A DNA stretch of 64,000 nucleotides from a virus (IMGVR_UViG_3300032295_000548:75447-139446); one strand, 5' to 3'; positions 38,451 through 47,734 are shown, counted from the stretch's first letter. Translations and numbers: made by a program. Notes: generated by a model from the sequence alone, not told the origin.

Positions 38451-39233
38451 ATGACATATACAATACCGTCTAGCATTAGTATCACCGGCGCACAAGGGCA
38501 AGTATTCACATTAGGTAATTTATCTAATAGCATAACTGGCATCTTTGCAGACCAAAATTCATCATCTAGCAACGTGAAGAAGTATGAAATAATTGAAACT
38601 ACTGAGGATTTGTTGGCACTAAGTTGTGCATGGTATCGCATTAGACAAGACAAACATACCCTTCAACCACACGTTACTAGTTTACTATCCGATGCATTGT
38701 TTAGGCACGTGACACCGGAAGATCGTACTAAGGCAGAGGAAGTGCGTGACTACTACAATAAGAAGTTTATGGTCATGACATTGAAAGACCAACGACTAAC
38801 ACAGTTCCGTCAAGATTTGAAAGACTACTTGCTAGGTGATTCAAAGAAGTTCACTGAGAAGACTGTACCAATGGTCTATAGGCTACCTGAATTTCATGCA
38901 CATGATGTTGAGTTTGATGTTATCCAGCGTGAGTTTGAAAAAGACATCCCTGAGTTTGATAGATTCACACGTAAGACAATTGACAAGTCTGTACGACTTA
39001 CGCCAGTCAAAGGGTTCAAAAAGAATAGTAAGACCCGAGGTAAGTTTACTGAGTACTGGTTGAAAGATTCTAAGAATCGTGCTTATCGTTTTGGTCTTAC
39101 TGCTACTAATCCATTGATTGGTTTATGGGACACACAATTTAAAAACGGTGATATGGTTCTTAACATCAAAATGCAAGCATCACGCCGTGATGAATTGCAG
39201 TACTTCAACATTGGGTCTATCCTAGAAGGTTGA
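38451..39233 (+). CDS. Hypothetical protein
   Basis: 260 aa; its stop lies in the next -35 box. Confidence 0.7.
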   Translation: MTYTIPSSISITGAQGQVFTLGNLSNSITGIFADQNSSSSNVKKYEIIETTEDLLALSCAWYRIRQDKHTLQPHVTSLLSDALFRHVTPEDRTKAEEVRDYYNKKFMVMTLKDQRLTQFRQDLKDYLLGDSKKFTEKTVPMVYRLPEFHAHDVEFDVIQREFEKDIPEFDRFTRKTIDKSVRLTPVKGFKKNSKTRGKFTEYWLKDSKNRAYRFGLTATNPLIGLWDTQFKNGDMVLNIKMQASRRDELQYFNIGSILEG

Positions 39234-39477
39234 CAATAAATGGGTTTGGGCATATAATACATGTATGAACTTCAAAATGAGTACTTACGAACGCATTGCC
39301 GAAAAACTACTGAAGGGCCAACCCAAAGCAAAGCCCTTCGGTAAGCTTATTGACGGCAAGTTTCTCACTGGCACTAAGAGCCTCCATCGAACAAAGCAAT
39401 CCGTTCGGTGGCGCCAATTTTGGCGCCTCAAACAAAGAGGTTGACAATAAATGGGTTTGGGCATATAATACATGTAT
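39227..39477 (+). repeat. Exact 40-bp direct repeat of an early promoter (39227-39266 and 39438-39477)
   Basis: AGGTTGACAATAAATGGGTTTGGGCATATAATACATGTAT occurs twice. Confidence 0.95.
39265..39444 (+). CDS. 59-aa basic protein, leaderless
   Basis: Read from the sequence (MNFKMSTYERIAEK...WRQFWRLKQRG); ATG 6 nt after TATAAT. Confidence 0.65.
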   Translation: MNFKMSTYERIAEKLLKGQPKAKPFGKLIDGKFLTGTKSLHRTKQSVRWRQFWRLKQRG

Positions 39478-39499
39478 AGATTGATTAAAGGAGTCTTAC

Positions 39500-39742
39500 A
39501 TGGTTATGAAGCGTTTCAAGCAAACTCAAAAGTTTCGTGTTATCGTTGGTCAAGCATGTTTCTATGCTACAGTAAAACAGATTCGCAACGGTGTAGGTGA
39601 CTTTGCCAAGTGCAATGCAGCCACTCAAAAGGCTCTAGATGCACTGGAGTTCACCCGTTCCGGTGAAGGTCTTGCTGACCAGTGTGCTACTGGTCTTGCA
39701 GGTACTTGGGAAGGTCTGCAAGTCCAACTGACACTGGCTTGA
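39500..39742 (+). CDS. Hypothetical early protein
   Basis: SD AAGGAG; its stop lies in the next -35 box. Confidence 0.7.
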   Translation: MVMKRFKQTQKFRVIVGQACFYATVKQIRNGVGDFAKCNAATQKALDALEFTRSGEGLADQCATGLAGTWEGLQVQLTLA

Positions 39743-39767
39743 CAATAAATCAATTTGGGTCTATAAT
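39739..39767 (+). promoter_or_regulatory. Early promoter TTGACA-17-TATAAT
   Basis: Family spacer ATAAATCAATTTGGG. Confidence 0.85.
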
Positions 39768-39797
39768 AGAGGCTTAAACAGTCAAAAGGAGTTGCAA

Positions 39798-40010
39798 ATG
39801 GGCTATCGTGTTGTTGCAGATAAGTTTGAAATGGATCAAATGCGTCAAAAATACGGTCCTCGTAAGGGTCTAGAAGGCCCGTTCAACTTCTCCGGTCGAG
39901 TGTTGTATTATGACAACAAAGAAGGTCAGTACTACGATCCGACTACTGATTTCTACGTGGAACAATCCGAAATGGATATGATCCACAATCAATTGGTTGC
40001 TAAACTTTAA
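39798..40010 (+). CDS. Hypothetical early protein
   Basis: SD AAGGAG; GLEGPF...G.VLYYD.KEG.YYDP.TDFY. Confidence 0.75.
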   Translation: MGYRVVADKFEMDQMRQKYGPRKGLEGPFNFSGRVLYYDNKEGQYYDPTTDFYVEQSEMDMIHNQLVAKL

Positions 40011-40023
40011 AGGTTGACAAAAA

Positions 40024-40200
40024 ATGTCTATTATGGCTGAACTTTTCATTGATGTACAATTGGACCTTGAGTCGGGTCTGGATCCGCGTGATATTGCCCG
40101 TCGTTTGGATATCCCTATTCGTTGGGTCTACGAAGTTGCGGAAACTCTTGAGGATGAGTCTACTGATTCCTATGATCCGTTTAATACTGTCAATTCCTAA
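40024..40200 (+). CDS. 58-aa acidic protein with a helix-turn-helix-like segment
   Basis: Read from the sequence (MSIMAELFIDVQLDLESGLDPRDIARRLDIPIRWVYEV...); exactly fills the gap. Confidence 0.65.
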   Translation: MSIMAELFIDVQLDLESGLDPRDIARRLDIPIRWVYEVAETLEDESTDSYDPFNTVNS

Positions 40201-40202
40201 GG

Positions 40203-40231
40203 TTGACAATAAATGGTTTTGGGTGTATAAT
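40203..40231 (+). promoter_or_regulatory. Early promoter TTGACA-17-TATAAT
   Basis: Family spacer; ATG 6 nt downstream. Confidence 0.85.
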
Positions 40232-40237
40232 ACATTT

Positions 40238-40462
40238 ATGAAATCAAAAATCTTTATTGTTCAACGTGACAACGACAAGTATTTCAAGCAGAAATTGCCT
40301 ACATGGCGCAATGGTTTCTGTGAAATAGTCCGTAATGTCACTATTGAAAAGGACCCGCATGACATTTACCAATATGGTGAATGGGGTTACATCACGGTCT
40401 ATGGCCGTAAAATTTATGTCACTAGGGCCGGCACTGAATTTGCGTTTGAAATTCGTGGCTAA
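40238..40462 (+). CDS. 74-aa hypothetical protein, leaderless
   Basis: Start revised from 40049 because of the promoter and the overlapping 40024 ORF. Confidence 0.65.
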   Translation: MKSKIFIVQRDNDKYFKQKLPTWRNGFCEIVRNVTIEKDPHDIYQYGEWGYITVYGRKIYVTRAGTEFAFEIRG

Positions 40463-40466
40463 AAGG

Positions 40467-40495
40467 TTGACAATAAATCACTTTGGGTATATAAT
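40467..40495 (+). promoter_or_regulatory. Early promoter TTGACA-17-TATAAT
   Basis: Family spacer. Confidence 0.85.
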
Positions 40496-40529
40496 AGAGT
40501 CTTAATCAGTTAAACAACAGGAGTTAAAA

Positions 40530-40787
40530 ATGTCAGCATTAAAAACATATCTGGTTCGCAAGAACGCTTACGCTACAATCTTTGGTGCCAAAGAACTTAC
40601 CTTAGACAATGCAACTGACCGTCAAAAGATTGCCGATTCAATCGATTCAGATTTGAGTCCCGAGAATTTGACATGCGATGGTGAACTGCCCCGTAGCATT
40701 GTTCAAGCCCGTTACAATGAATTGACTAAGGCCGCACGTGAATTGCAGAAGTTGGACCCATCTGTTAAGTTTTACGAATTTGCCTAA
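40530..40787 (+). CDS. Hypothetical early protein
   Basis: SD AGGAG; LSPENLTCDGE motif. Confidence 0.75.
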   Translation: MSALKTYLVRKNAYATIFGAKELTLDNATDRQKIADSIDSDLSPENLTCDGELPRSIVQARYNELTKAARELQKLDPSVKFYEFA

Positions 40788-40790
40788 AGG

Positions 40791-40819
40791 TTGACAATAA
40801 ATGGGCATTCGTGTATAAT
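40791..40819 (+). promoter_or_regulatory. Early promoter TTGACA-17-TATAAT
   Basis: Family spacer. Confidence 0.85.
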
Positions 40820-40853
40820 ACTTGTATTGACAGTTAACTAACGGAGCAAATCA

Positions 40854-41870
40854 ATGTCTACAGTTCGCATTATTTCTGGTACGTATCGCAATCAACCTGT
40901 TAAAGGTGAAGTGTTCACACTGGTACGTGGTTTTCAAACAGGTAAAAAGGGAGGTTACGTTACAGTGAAGAATGATGGTCAATTTAACATTGACATTGAT
41001 GTTGTCAAAGTCAAGGTCGATACAATGTCTGATGTTCAGTTTTTGAATGGTTCTGAGCCAGTAGTCGAAGTGCCCACTGCTGTTGCTCAAGTTACTGAAA
41101 CTGATGAACAAGCAATGGACCGTATTGCTACTCGTTTCGGTGTGCTTGATGAAATGTCTAAGGCATGTATCAAAGGTGACATTCGTGCTATGATTGTTAC
41201 AGGTCCTGCGGGTATCGGTAAGTCACATGGTGTGTCTTTGCAAATGGAAAAGGCATCATTGTTCGATCAAGTTGCAGGCAAGAAGGCCCGCTTTGAAGTT
41301 GTCAAAGGTGCTATGTCAGGCATCGGTTTGTTTGCTAAGTTGTACAAATTCTCTGATGCTAAAAACGTTCTCGTTTTTGATGATTGTGATATCTGGGAAG
41401 ATCAAGACGCTGTTAACGTACTGAAAGGTGCGCTTGACTCAGGCAAAACTCGCCGTATCTCTTGGAACAAAGATTCTCGTATCTTGCGTGAAGAAGGTAT
41501 CCCTAACTCGTTTAACTTTAACGGTTCTATCATCTTCATTACTAACAAGACTTTCGATAACAAGAAGGCTTCTAAGATGCAACCTCACTTGGATGCACTC
41601 CAGTCTCGTTGTCACTTTTTGGACCTGACAGTTGATACTGAGCGTGACAAAATGTTGCGTATCAAGCAAGTTCACCGCGATGCCGATGGTGGTTTGTTTG
41701 CTGACTATGATTTCACTCAGGAACAAACTGATGAAATTATGTCTTTCATTGATGCTAACTGCAACAAATTGCGTGAAGTGTCTTTGCGTATGTGTTTGAA
41801 GGTTGCTGATTTGGTTAAGATTTCTGCTAACTGGCGTGAACTTGCTAAGGCAACTTGCATGAAAGGTTAA
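40854..41870 (+). CDS. P-loop (AAA+-like) ATPase
   Basis: GPAGIGKS, LVFDD, IFITN, ALQSR. Confidence 0.85.
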   Translation: MSTVRIISGTYRNQPVKGEVFTLVRGFQTGKKGGYVTVKNDGQFNIDIDVVKVKVDTMSDVQFLNGSEPVVEVPTAVAQVTETDEQAMDRIATRFGVLDEMSKACIKGDIRAMIVTGPAGIGKSHGVSLQMEKASLFDQVAGKKARFEVVKGAMSGIGLFAKLYKFSDAKNVLVFDDCDIWEDQDAVNVLKGALDSGKTRRISWNKDSRILREEGIPNSFNFNGSIIFITNKTFDNKKASKMQPHLDALQSRCHFLDLTVDTERDKMLRIKQVHRDADGGLFADYDFTQEQTDEIMSFIDANCNKLREVSLRMCLKVADLVKISANWRELAKATCMKG

Positions 41871-41924
41871 CCCCTGCAGTGTGCGTAGAGGCAATGTCAA
41901 TAAGTCCTCTTCGATAATTTATAT

Positions 41925-41951
41925 AAAGGGAACTTAGGTTCCCTTTTTTTT
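41925..41951 (+). terminator. Intrinsic terminator
   Basis: AAAGGGAAC-TTAG-GTTCCC followed by T8. Confidence 0.88.
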
Positions 41952-41995
41952 CCTTTATACTTGATTAAGTCTAACGTATTATCTATAATAGTAGG

Positions 41996-43000
41996 ATGAT
42001 ACCTGTACAAACTAAAGAACACCTGATATATTTCATGCAAAGTGGCATGATGCGGTTGAGTAAGTACGACCTCAGGTTCGTGCAAAATTTGCAACTACTC
42101 ACCATGCAACACACAAATTTAACTACCAATCAAGTGTCACTGTTTGACAAATTGATAGAAAAATACAAACGTCAATTACATAAGCATGGTTTGTCGGATG
42201 TTCATTTAGTAGGATTGACATGGGAATCTATCATTGTACCTAGTGATCCTAAATTCACAGAAGCTTATGTAAGCATTGCGAATGATACCATTACATTCCG
42301 TAGTCCATTCAGTAAAAAATTTATAGAACATTTCCGCAAAAAAGAATTCAACACATTTGCATGGTATAAAGACAAAAAGGTTTACGAATCACCTTACAGT
42401 ACAACCGCACTAAAGTATTTGATAGAAGTAGCAAACGAACATTATCCGATTGTCAATTATTGTCCAGTAGTGTCCGATTTGTTAAATACAGTAGATCAAT
42501 ACAATGCCAAGTATTGGAATCCCACTTTGATAAAGCACAATGACATGTACATAGTTGCGGCTATGAACACTAGTCTTGCTGATGCAATATCGCACATACC
42601 ACTTTCAAATGATCCTGAGATTATTTCTAATTTGGCAAAACATGGTATTCAAATTGATGATAGTGTAATTGGTGGAGATACAGTATTGACGTTTGCATCA
42701 TCATACGCACCCGAAGTAGACATTGTAAACATTGATAGTGTGATAGAATGTTTAAAAGCAATCAACTGTGATTCTGTGACTGTAGTTGGAAGAGCGGCTC
42801 AGTATAGTAGAATTCTAACAGAAAAGATAAAAACTTCTGGTTTATACCTAGATGATAATAAAGGTATAGTGATAGAAGAAAGGTTGAAGGACAAAAAGAA
42901 TCCTGTAGTTATGTTTCTAACAACAAATGTATCAACGGCATCTAGCTGTTTCAAAAAAATTATAAAGGTAAAAAACTCAATGCCGGTGGTAGTAAAATGA
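41996..43000 (+). CDS. Hypothetical protein, leaderless
   Basis: TTGATT-17-TATAAT then 6 nt to ATG; ATGA-coupled to uvsW. Confidence 0.7.
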   Translation: MIPVQTKEHLIYFMQSGMMRLSKYDLRFVQNLQLLTMQHTNLTTNQVSLFDKLIEKYKRQLHKHGLSDVHLVGLTWESIIVPSDPKFTEAYVSIANDTITFRSPFSKKFIEHFRKKEFNTFAWYKDKKVYESPYSTTALKYLIEVANEHYPIVNYCPVVSDLLNTVDQYNAKYWNPTLIKHNDMYIVAAMNTSLADAISHIPLSNDPEIISNLAKHGIQIDDSVIGGDTVLTFASSYAPEVDIVNIDSVIECLKAINCDSVTVVGRAAQYSRILTEKIKTSGLYLDDNKGIVIEERLKDKKNPVVMFLTTNVSTASSCFKKIIKVKNSMPVVVK

Positions 43001-44484
43001 AGTCATGTAAAATAACCGTGAAAGATGAAGTCAATGTAAAACTTGAGGGCCTAGAATTAGGTGATCGCAAGACATTGATGAAGATGTTTGAGTTTGAAGT
43101 ACCGGGTGCAAGGTATTTGCCTAGTGTAAAACTTGGTAGATGGAATGGAAAGACAAGTTATTTTGCATTGGGTGGTAGTACGTACATTAATCTACTACCA
43201 GAAATACTTCCTCTATTAGATCAGGCTGGTTACGACATTGACTTAGATGACCAACGTGAATACACCACAACATTCAATTTTGACAAAGTGTCCGAGGAGA
43301 CATTCAAACACAAACTATGGCCAGCAAAACACGTAATGGCAGGTAAGCCTGTTGTATTGCGTGACTATCAAATTGAAATCATTAATAAGTTTTTAGAGAA
43401 CCCTCAATGTATTCAGGAAGTTGCAACTGGCGCCGGCAAGACATTGACAACTGCGGCATTAAGTTTGAGTGTAGAACAGTATGGTAGATCAATTGTTATT
43501 GTCCCTAACAAGGACCTTGTGCGGCAAACAGAAGCTGACTACATTAACTTGGGCTTAGATGTTGGTGTATATTTCGGTGACAGAAAAGAGATAGGTCGTA
43601 CACATACTATCTGCACTTGGCAATCACTTAATAACATGATGAAAAAAACACAGTCAGGTGAAGCTGAGATTACAATCATTGACTTTATTGAAGATGTTGT
43701 TTGTGTCATGGTTGACGAAGTACACATGGCAAAGGCTGATGCATTGAAGTCTTTATTGACAGGTCCAATGTCACGTATACCTATTCGATGGGGCTTGACT
43801 GGTACTGTACCAAAAGCTAAGTTTGAATTCATGTCATTGTTTGTTAGCTTAGGTCCTGTAATTGGTAAACTATCAGCAAGTGAATTACAAGAAAAAGGTG
43901 TACTTGCACAATGTCACGTTAACATTGTTCAGTTAAAAGATGATGTTGAGTTCAGTAATTATCAAAGTGAATTAAAGTATCTAACTGAAAACACAGAACG
44001 ATTGGATGCGATTGCAGTCCTAATCAACAAATTAGCTCAGACAGGCAATACACTGATTCTTGTAGACAGAATTAGTGCAGGTAAAGAATTACAACGCAGA
44101 CTAAGCGATATATTCAGTCTACTAAAAGATGCACCTGAGGTAGCCTTTGTGTCAGGTGAAACTAACCTAACAGAAAGAAAAGAAAATTATGATGAGGTTG
44201 CGACTGCTACTAACAAGATTATTGTGGCGACTTATGGTGTGGCCGCTGTGGGTATTAATATTCCTCGTATTTTTAATCTGGTTCTTTTGGAGCCCGGAAA
44301 AAGCTTTGTCCGAGTTATACAATCAATTGGGCGAGGTATTAGAAAAGCTGAGGACAAGGACTTCGTCCAAATCTGGGACATAACAAGCAATTGTAAATTT
44401 GCTAAACGGCATTTGACTCAACGTAAGACCTTTTATAAAGAAGCAAACTATCCATTTGACTTGGAAAAACTAACATATAAGTGA
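42997..44484 (+). CDS. uvsW: SF2 helicase, UvsW-like
   Basis: LRDYQ, ATGAGKT, DEVH, GLTGT, QSIGRGIR. Confidence 0.9.
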   Translation: MKSCKITVKDEVNVKLEGLELGDRKTLMKMFEFEVPGARYLPSVKLGRWNGKTSYFALGGSTYINLLPEILPLLDQAGYDIDLDDQREYTTTFNFDKVSEETFKHKLWPAKHVMAGKPVVLRDYQIEIINKFLENPQCIQEVATGAGKTLTTAALSLSVEQYGRSIVIVPNKDLVRQTEADYINLGLDVGVYFGDRKEIGRTHTICTWQSLNNMMKKTQSGEAEITIIDFIEDVVCVMVDEVHMAKADALKSLLTGPMSRIPIRWGLTGTVPKAKFEFMSLFVSLGPVIGKLSASELQEKGVLAQCHVNIVQLKDDVEFSNYQSELKYLTENTERLDAIAVLINKLAQTGNTLILVDRISAGKELQRRLSDIFSLLKDAPEVAFVSGETNLTERKENYDEVATATNKIIVATYGVAAVGINIPRIFNLVLLEPGKSFVRVIQSIGRGIRKAEDKDFVQIWDITSNCKFAKRHLTQRKTFYKEANYPFDLEKLTYK

Positions 44485-44496
44485 TATAATATACAT

Positions 44497-44997
44497 ATGA
44501 GAATTCTTACCCTTGAAAACGAATATTACAATCTGGAGACTCTTCCAGATGAAATAGATGATTTACGATTTGCAATACTAGATAACAGTAACCCTAGCAA
44601 CGTAGATTATCATTATATACCATTGATCTTTTTAGAAAGCTTTTCAGCACCTGCATTAGTATTACGCATTGGTGATGTTACTGTTAAGATGCCAGTTGAT
44701 TGGCAGATATTGATTGGTGAAAAAGATCACGGTGATTTAGAGACATTGCCCCTAACAAGTATTAACGATAGGGGCTTTAGTGCATTTGAATTTAATCCGT
44801 TGTCTAGTTTTAGGCCTGACTTCTTGCCTATTGAAATCGTAGACATATACCATGATGTGACTTGGTATGCTCCTCGATTGAAGAACGGACAATTTCTGTG
44901 TGTACCTATTGATGATGGTATTAAACCCAGATGCGTTTACTTTGTTAAAGAGATTAGTAGAAACTGTGAGATTGTTGATTACGACCAGGCATTCTAA
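44497..44997 (+). CDS. Conserved beta-rich hypothetical protein, possibly a degenerate Hint fold
   Basis: TGn-TATAAT 6 nt upstream; fold assignment is inference only. Confidence 0.7.
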   Translation: MRILTLENEYYNLETLPDEIDDLRFAILDNSNPSNVDYHYIPLIFLESFSAPALVLRIGDVTVKMPVDWQILIGEKDHGDLETLPLTSINDRGFSAFEFNPLSSFRPDFLPIEIVDIYHDVTWYAPRLKNGQFLCVPIDDGIKPRCVYFVKEISRNCEIVDYDQAF

Positions 44998-45593
44998 TGG
45001 CAACGAAAAAACCACAACTAGCAAAAGACGAAAAGTTTGAAAATGTAGACGTAGATTTGTTTGCAGTATTAGCCGCACTCGATAACAAAGACTATGGCTT
45101 TTATGACAAACTTACCGATGAACAGAAAAAGAAAATCGTCCCATTCATGTTAACACATTGGATGAGCGCAATCAAAGGTAGTGAAGGATTGTCTCGCTAT
45201 TACGTAATGGGCACAAATGAGTATGCTAACAAGTATCTGTTTGCCGAGTTTGTTCAAAAGCACCCCAAACTACAATGGATGATGTTGTGTAGTGCAAGCC
45301 CCGGGTTAGGCAAACAGTTTCATCAGTGGATCCCTCATATTAGAGATCGTGTTGTCAAATACAAAGAGGCTGCAACTCTCAAAGAAGTCAAAGAATACTA
45401 CACAAAGATTTATCCTAAGGCAGATACAGAAAGTATCGCTGAAGTATCTAAAGCATATGTAGCAGAACAGAAACGTAAAATGCATCTAGGTCAAATCTAT
45501 CCTCACATGAAGGTAAGTGACTTAGAAACATTAAATCAGATTGTAACAGATGAAGATATCGAACAGTACGAAAGAGACAGAGGCAATCGCTGA
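44997..45593 (+). CDS. Putative clamp-loader small subunit (T4 gp62-like)
   Basis: PFML..WMS...N...N...LQW......K.F..WI pattern; replication-gene context. Confidence 0.5.
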   Translation: MATKKPQLAKDEKFENVDVDLFAVLAALDNKDYGFYDKLTDEQKKKIVPFMLTHWMSAIKGSEGLSRYYVMGTNEYANKYLFAEFVQKHPKLQWMMLCSASPGLGKQFHQWIPHIRDRVVKYKEAATLKEVKEYYTKIYPKADTESIAEVSKAYVAEQKRKMHLGQIYPHMKVSDLETLNQIVTDEDIEQYERDRGNR

Positions 45594-46269
45594 TCCCAAG
45601 TATGGTTGTGAGTTTTGTGGCCGTACTTTCCTACGTGAGTCCACTGTTCTTAAACATATTTGTGAATACAAACATCGTTGGTTAGAAAAAGATCGTCCAG
45701 GCAATCGTTTAGCATTTCAAGCTTGGTTGCAATTTTACAAAAAGAATAGTGCAAATAAGAAACAACGGACTTATGAAGAATTCATTAAGAGTGCGTACTA
45801 TACAGCCTTTGCTAAGTTTGGTACTTATTGTGTAGATATCAATGCATTGAACGTTAGTAGATTTGCCGATTGGTTAGTAAAAAATCAAATCAAAATCGAC
45901 ACATGGGCAAAAGACGTAAACTATAATAAGTATTTGATTGAATATCTTAGAGTAGAAGATGCACTAGATGCAATTCATCGTAGTGTTGAAACTACCATTG
46001 AATTAGCAGAAGTAGAAACGATTCAGAGTAAAGATTACTTGCGATATGGTAACAGAAATAAAATCTGTTATGCAATCACAACAGGTAAGATTAGTCCATG
46101 GATGTTATTTCAAAGTAAGAGTGGTATTGAATTTATGGATAGTCTTGATCCCTCTCATGTTAAGATGATTATCGATTATATTGATCCTGAAAAGTGGGCA
46201 CTAAAGTTTCACAGAGAACCAGAGAATGTCAGAACAGTTAAAGAGATCCTCACAGCCGGCGGGTACTAA
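45550..46269 (+). CDS. Protein with an N-terminal zinc-finger-like motif
   Basis: YGCEFCGRTF..E....KHIC. Confidence 0.7.
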   Translation: MKISNSTKETEAIADPKYGCEFCGRTFLRESTVLKHICEYKHRWLEKDRPGNRLAFQAWLQFYKKNSANKKQRTYEEFIKSAYYTAFAKFGTYCVDINALNVSRFADWLVKNQIKIDTWAKDVNYNKYLIEYLRVEDALDAIHRSVETTIELAEVETIQSKDYLRYGNRNKICYAITTGKISPWMLFQSKSGIEFMDSLDPSHVKMIIDYIDPEKWALKFHREPENVRTVKEILTAGGY

Positions 46270-46450
46270 AGTGCGTATACCTTGGAAGATGGGTGATACG
46301 GTTACCGATTGGAATGAAACCTGTGCACAGGCAATAGAAATGTTTGGATTGCCGGGAGACAAATTTACTACTAAACTAACAGAGGATCATTTAGATTTCA
46401 TTTTCAAAGATGAAAAAGATGCTATAATGTTTGAACTATGTTGCGGATAA
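46226..46450 (+). CDS. Small paralog-array protein 1
   Basis: FKDEKDAIMFEL. Confidence 0.65.
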   Translation: MSEQLKRSSQPAGTKVRIPWKMGDTVTDWNETCAQAIEMFGLPGDKFTTKLTEDHLDFIFKDEKDAIMFELCCG

Positions 46451-46854
46451 AAGCTAGAATACGTAAATGGAAAGCTGAACGAAAGCTTGAAAAAAGTGGT
46501 TACCACACATGGTCACGTTATCGACACAACAGGGATCCTGACGTAGCAAGGTATGCTGATGATGTAGGTAGTTTCTATGAGAAGTATCCCTACGTATGTT
46601 CCTTTAAGGATTACAGTCATTACGCATTCCAATGTATTTGTGACAATGGACCGTTTGGTGATATCTATGGATACGATGAAATGAGATTGTGGTGTGAAGA
46701 TAAGATTCGATGGAACTACCGCTTAGACATTCATAGAGTCTGGGAAGATGATTACGGTAAAGCAAAATTCGATGATGTTGGTGGTCGAGATATAATCTAC
46801 TTTGCCTTCAAGAACGAAAAAGACTTAACATATTTCTTGTTAAGATGGTCATGA
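46438..46854 (+). CDS. Small paralog-array protein 2
   Basis: WCE...FKNEKDLTYFLLRWS. Confidence 0.7.
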   Translation: MLRIKARIRKWKAERKLEKSGYHTWSRYRHNRDPDVARYADDVGSFYEKYPYVCSFKDYSHYAFQCICDNGPFGDIYGYDEMRLWCEDKIRWNYRLDIHRVWEDDYGKAKFDDVGGRDIIYFAFKNEKDLTYFLLRWS

Positions 46855-47081
46855 AACAGAATGAGTATAGACATTTAGGTCATGAAGTTCTCATTCATAA
46901 AGACAATCATGTACCAGCCGGACAATGGTGCGAAGAACAACTCGGAAAACGTTGGGACGCTATTGGCTATAGGTCTGGACGGTGGTGTATGTTCTGGGCA
47001 GGTAGAAATAATTTTGACAAGTATAGATTCTGTTTTGCCACTGAACATGATATGATGTGGTTTAAGCTGAGGTGGTCATGA
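46851..47081 (+). CDS. Small paralog-array protein 3
   Basis: WCEEQLG...FATEHDMMWFKLRWS; ATGA start. Confidence 0.7.
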   Translation: MKQNEYRHLGHEVLIHKDNHVPAGQWCEEQLGKRWDAIGYRSGRWCMFWAGRNNFDKYRFCFATEHDMMWFKLRWS

Positions 47082-47287
47082 AGATAGTAGTAAATGTTGA
47101 TAACTCAACTGAAGTATGGGCACTGCTTGAAAAACTAAAAGAAAAAAATTTGTACGTGAACAAGGACTTTACTTTTAGGTACATTCCACCTCAGTGTGAT
47201 GAAGGTTGGGAAAAAATCCAACGAAAATGTGTAATATTTGATTTTGTTGACGGAAAGAATGCCACATGGTTCTCTCTGATAATATGA
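47078..47287 (+). CDS. Small paralog-array protein 4
   Basis: FVDGKNATWFSL; ATGA start. Confidence 0.65.
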   Translation: MKIVVNVDNSTEVWALLEKLKEKNLYVNKDFTFRYIPPQCDEGWEKIQRKCVIFDFVDGKNATWFSLII

Positions 47288-47526
47288 AATCATCCCTTTA
47301 TGATTGGGTAAGAGGATGGGAAGATGACCATCCATTTTGGCATACGCATGTTATAACTGCTCAAACTGAATCAGATTTAGATAAACTACACAAAGAAGTA
47401 GTATTATGGTTGTATAAAAATATTAATAATCCAGAAAGACATTGCCGTTGGATTAGACTTGACACGAAAGTTAGTGTAAAATTCAGACATGAGAAAGATT
47501 ACCTTTGGTTTACGTTGAGTTTTTAA
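47284..47526 (+). CDS. Small paralog-array protein 5
   Basis: WLYKNI...FRHEKDYLWFTL; ATGA start. Confidence 0.65.
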   Translation: MKSSLYDWVRGWEDDHPFWHTHVITAQTESDLDKLHKEVVLWLYKNINNPERHCRWIRLDTKVSVKFRHEKDYLWFTLSF

Positions 47527-47527
47527 T

Positions 47528-47734
47528 ATGGTAACAATATATCTACGTGATTTTACAAATGAACATGAAGCTTGGATCGCAAAAAATATAGGTCCAAGAA
47601 TGCATTGGTTGCACAATAGCAGAGGTGGGCAAGGTTGGATAGCAAAGAGAAATGGCCGCGCCTGGACTATAACATTCGAAGATGATAGATACGCAACACT
47701 ATTTGGATTGATGTTTTCAGAGGTAATAGCATGA
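47528..47734 (+). CDS. Small paralog-array protein 6
   Basis: WIAKNIGP...FEDDRYATLFGL. Confidence 0.65.
   Translation: MVTIYLRDFTNEHEAWIAKNIGPRMHWLHNSRGGQGWIAKRNGRAWTITFEDDRYATLFGLMFSEVIA

Noticed and set aside
40049-40237. N-terminal extension of the 137-aa ORF
   Set aside because: Overlaps a better 58-aa ORF and runs through a promoter; ATG40238 is preferred
39227-40819. Regularly spaced ~35-40 bp repeats as a CRISPR array
   Set aside because: The repeats are sigma70 promoters, and the 200-460 nt intervals are genes
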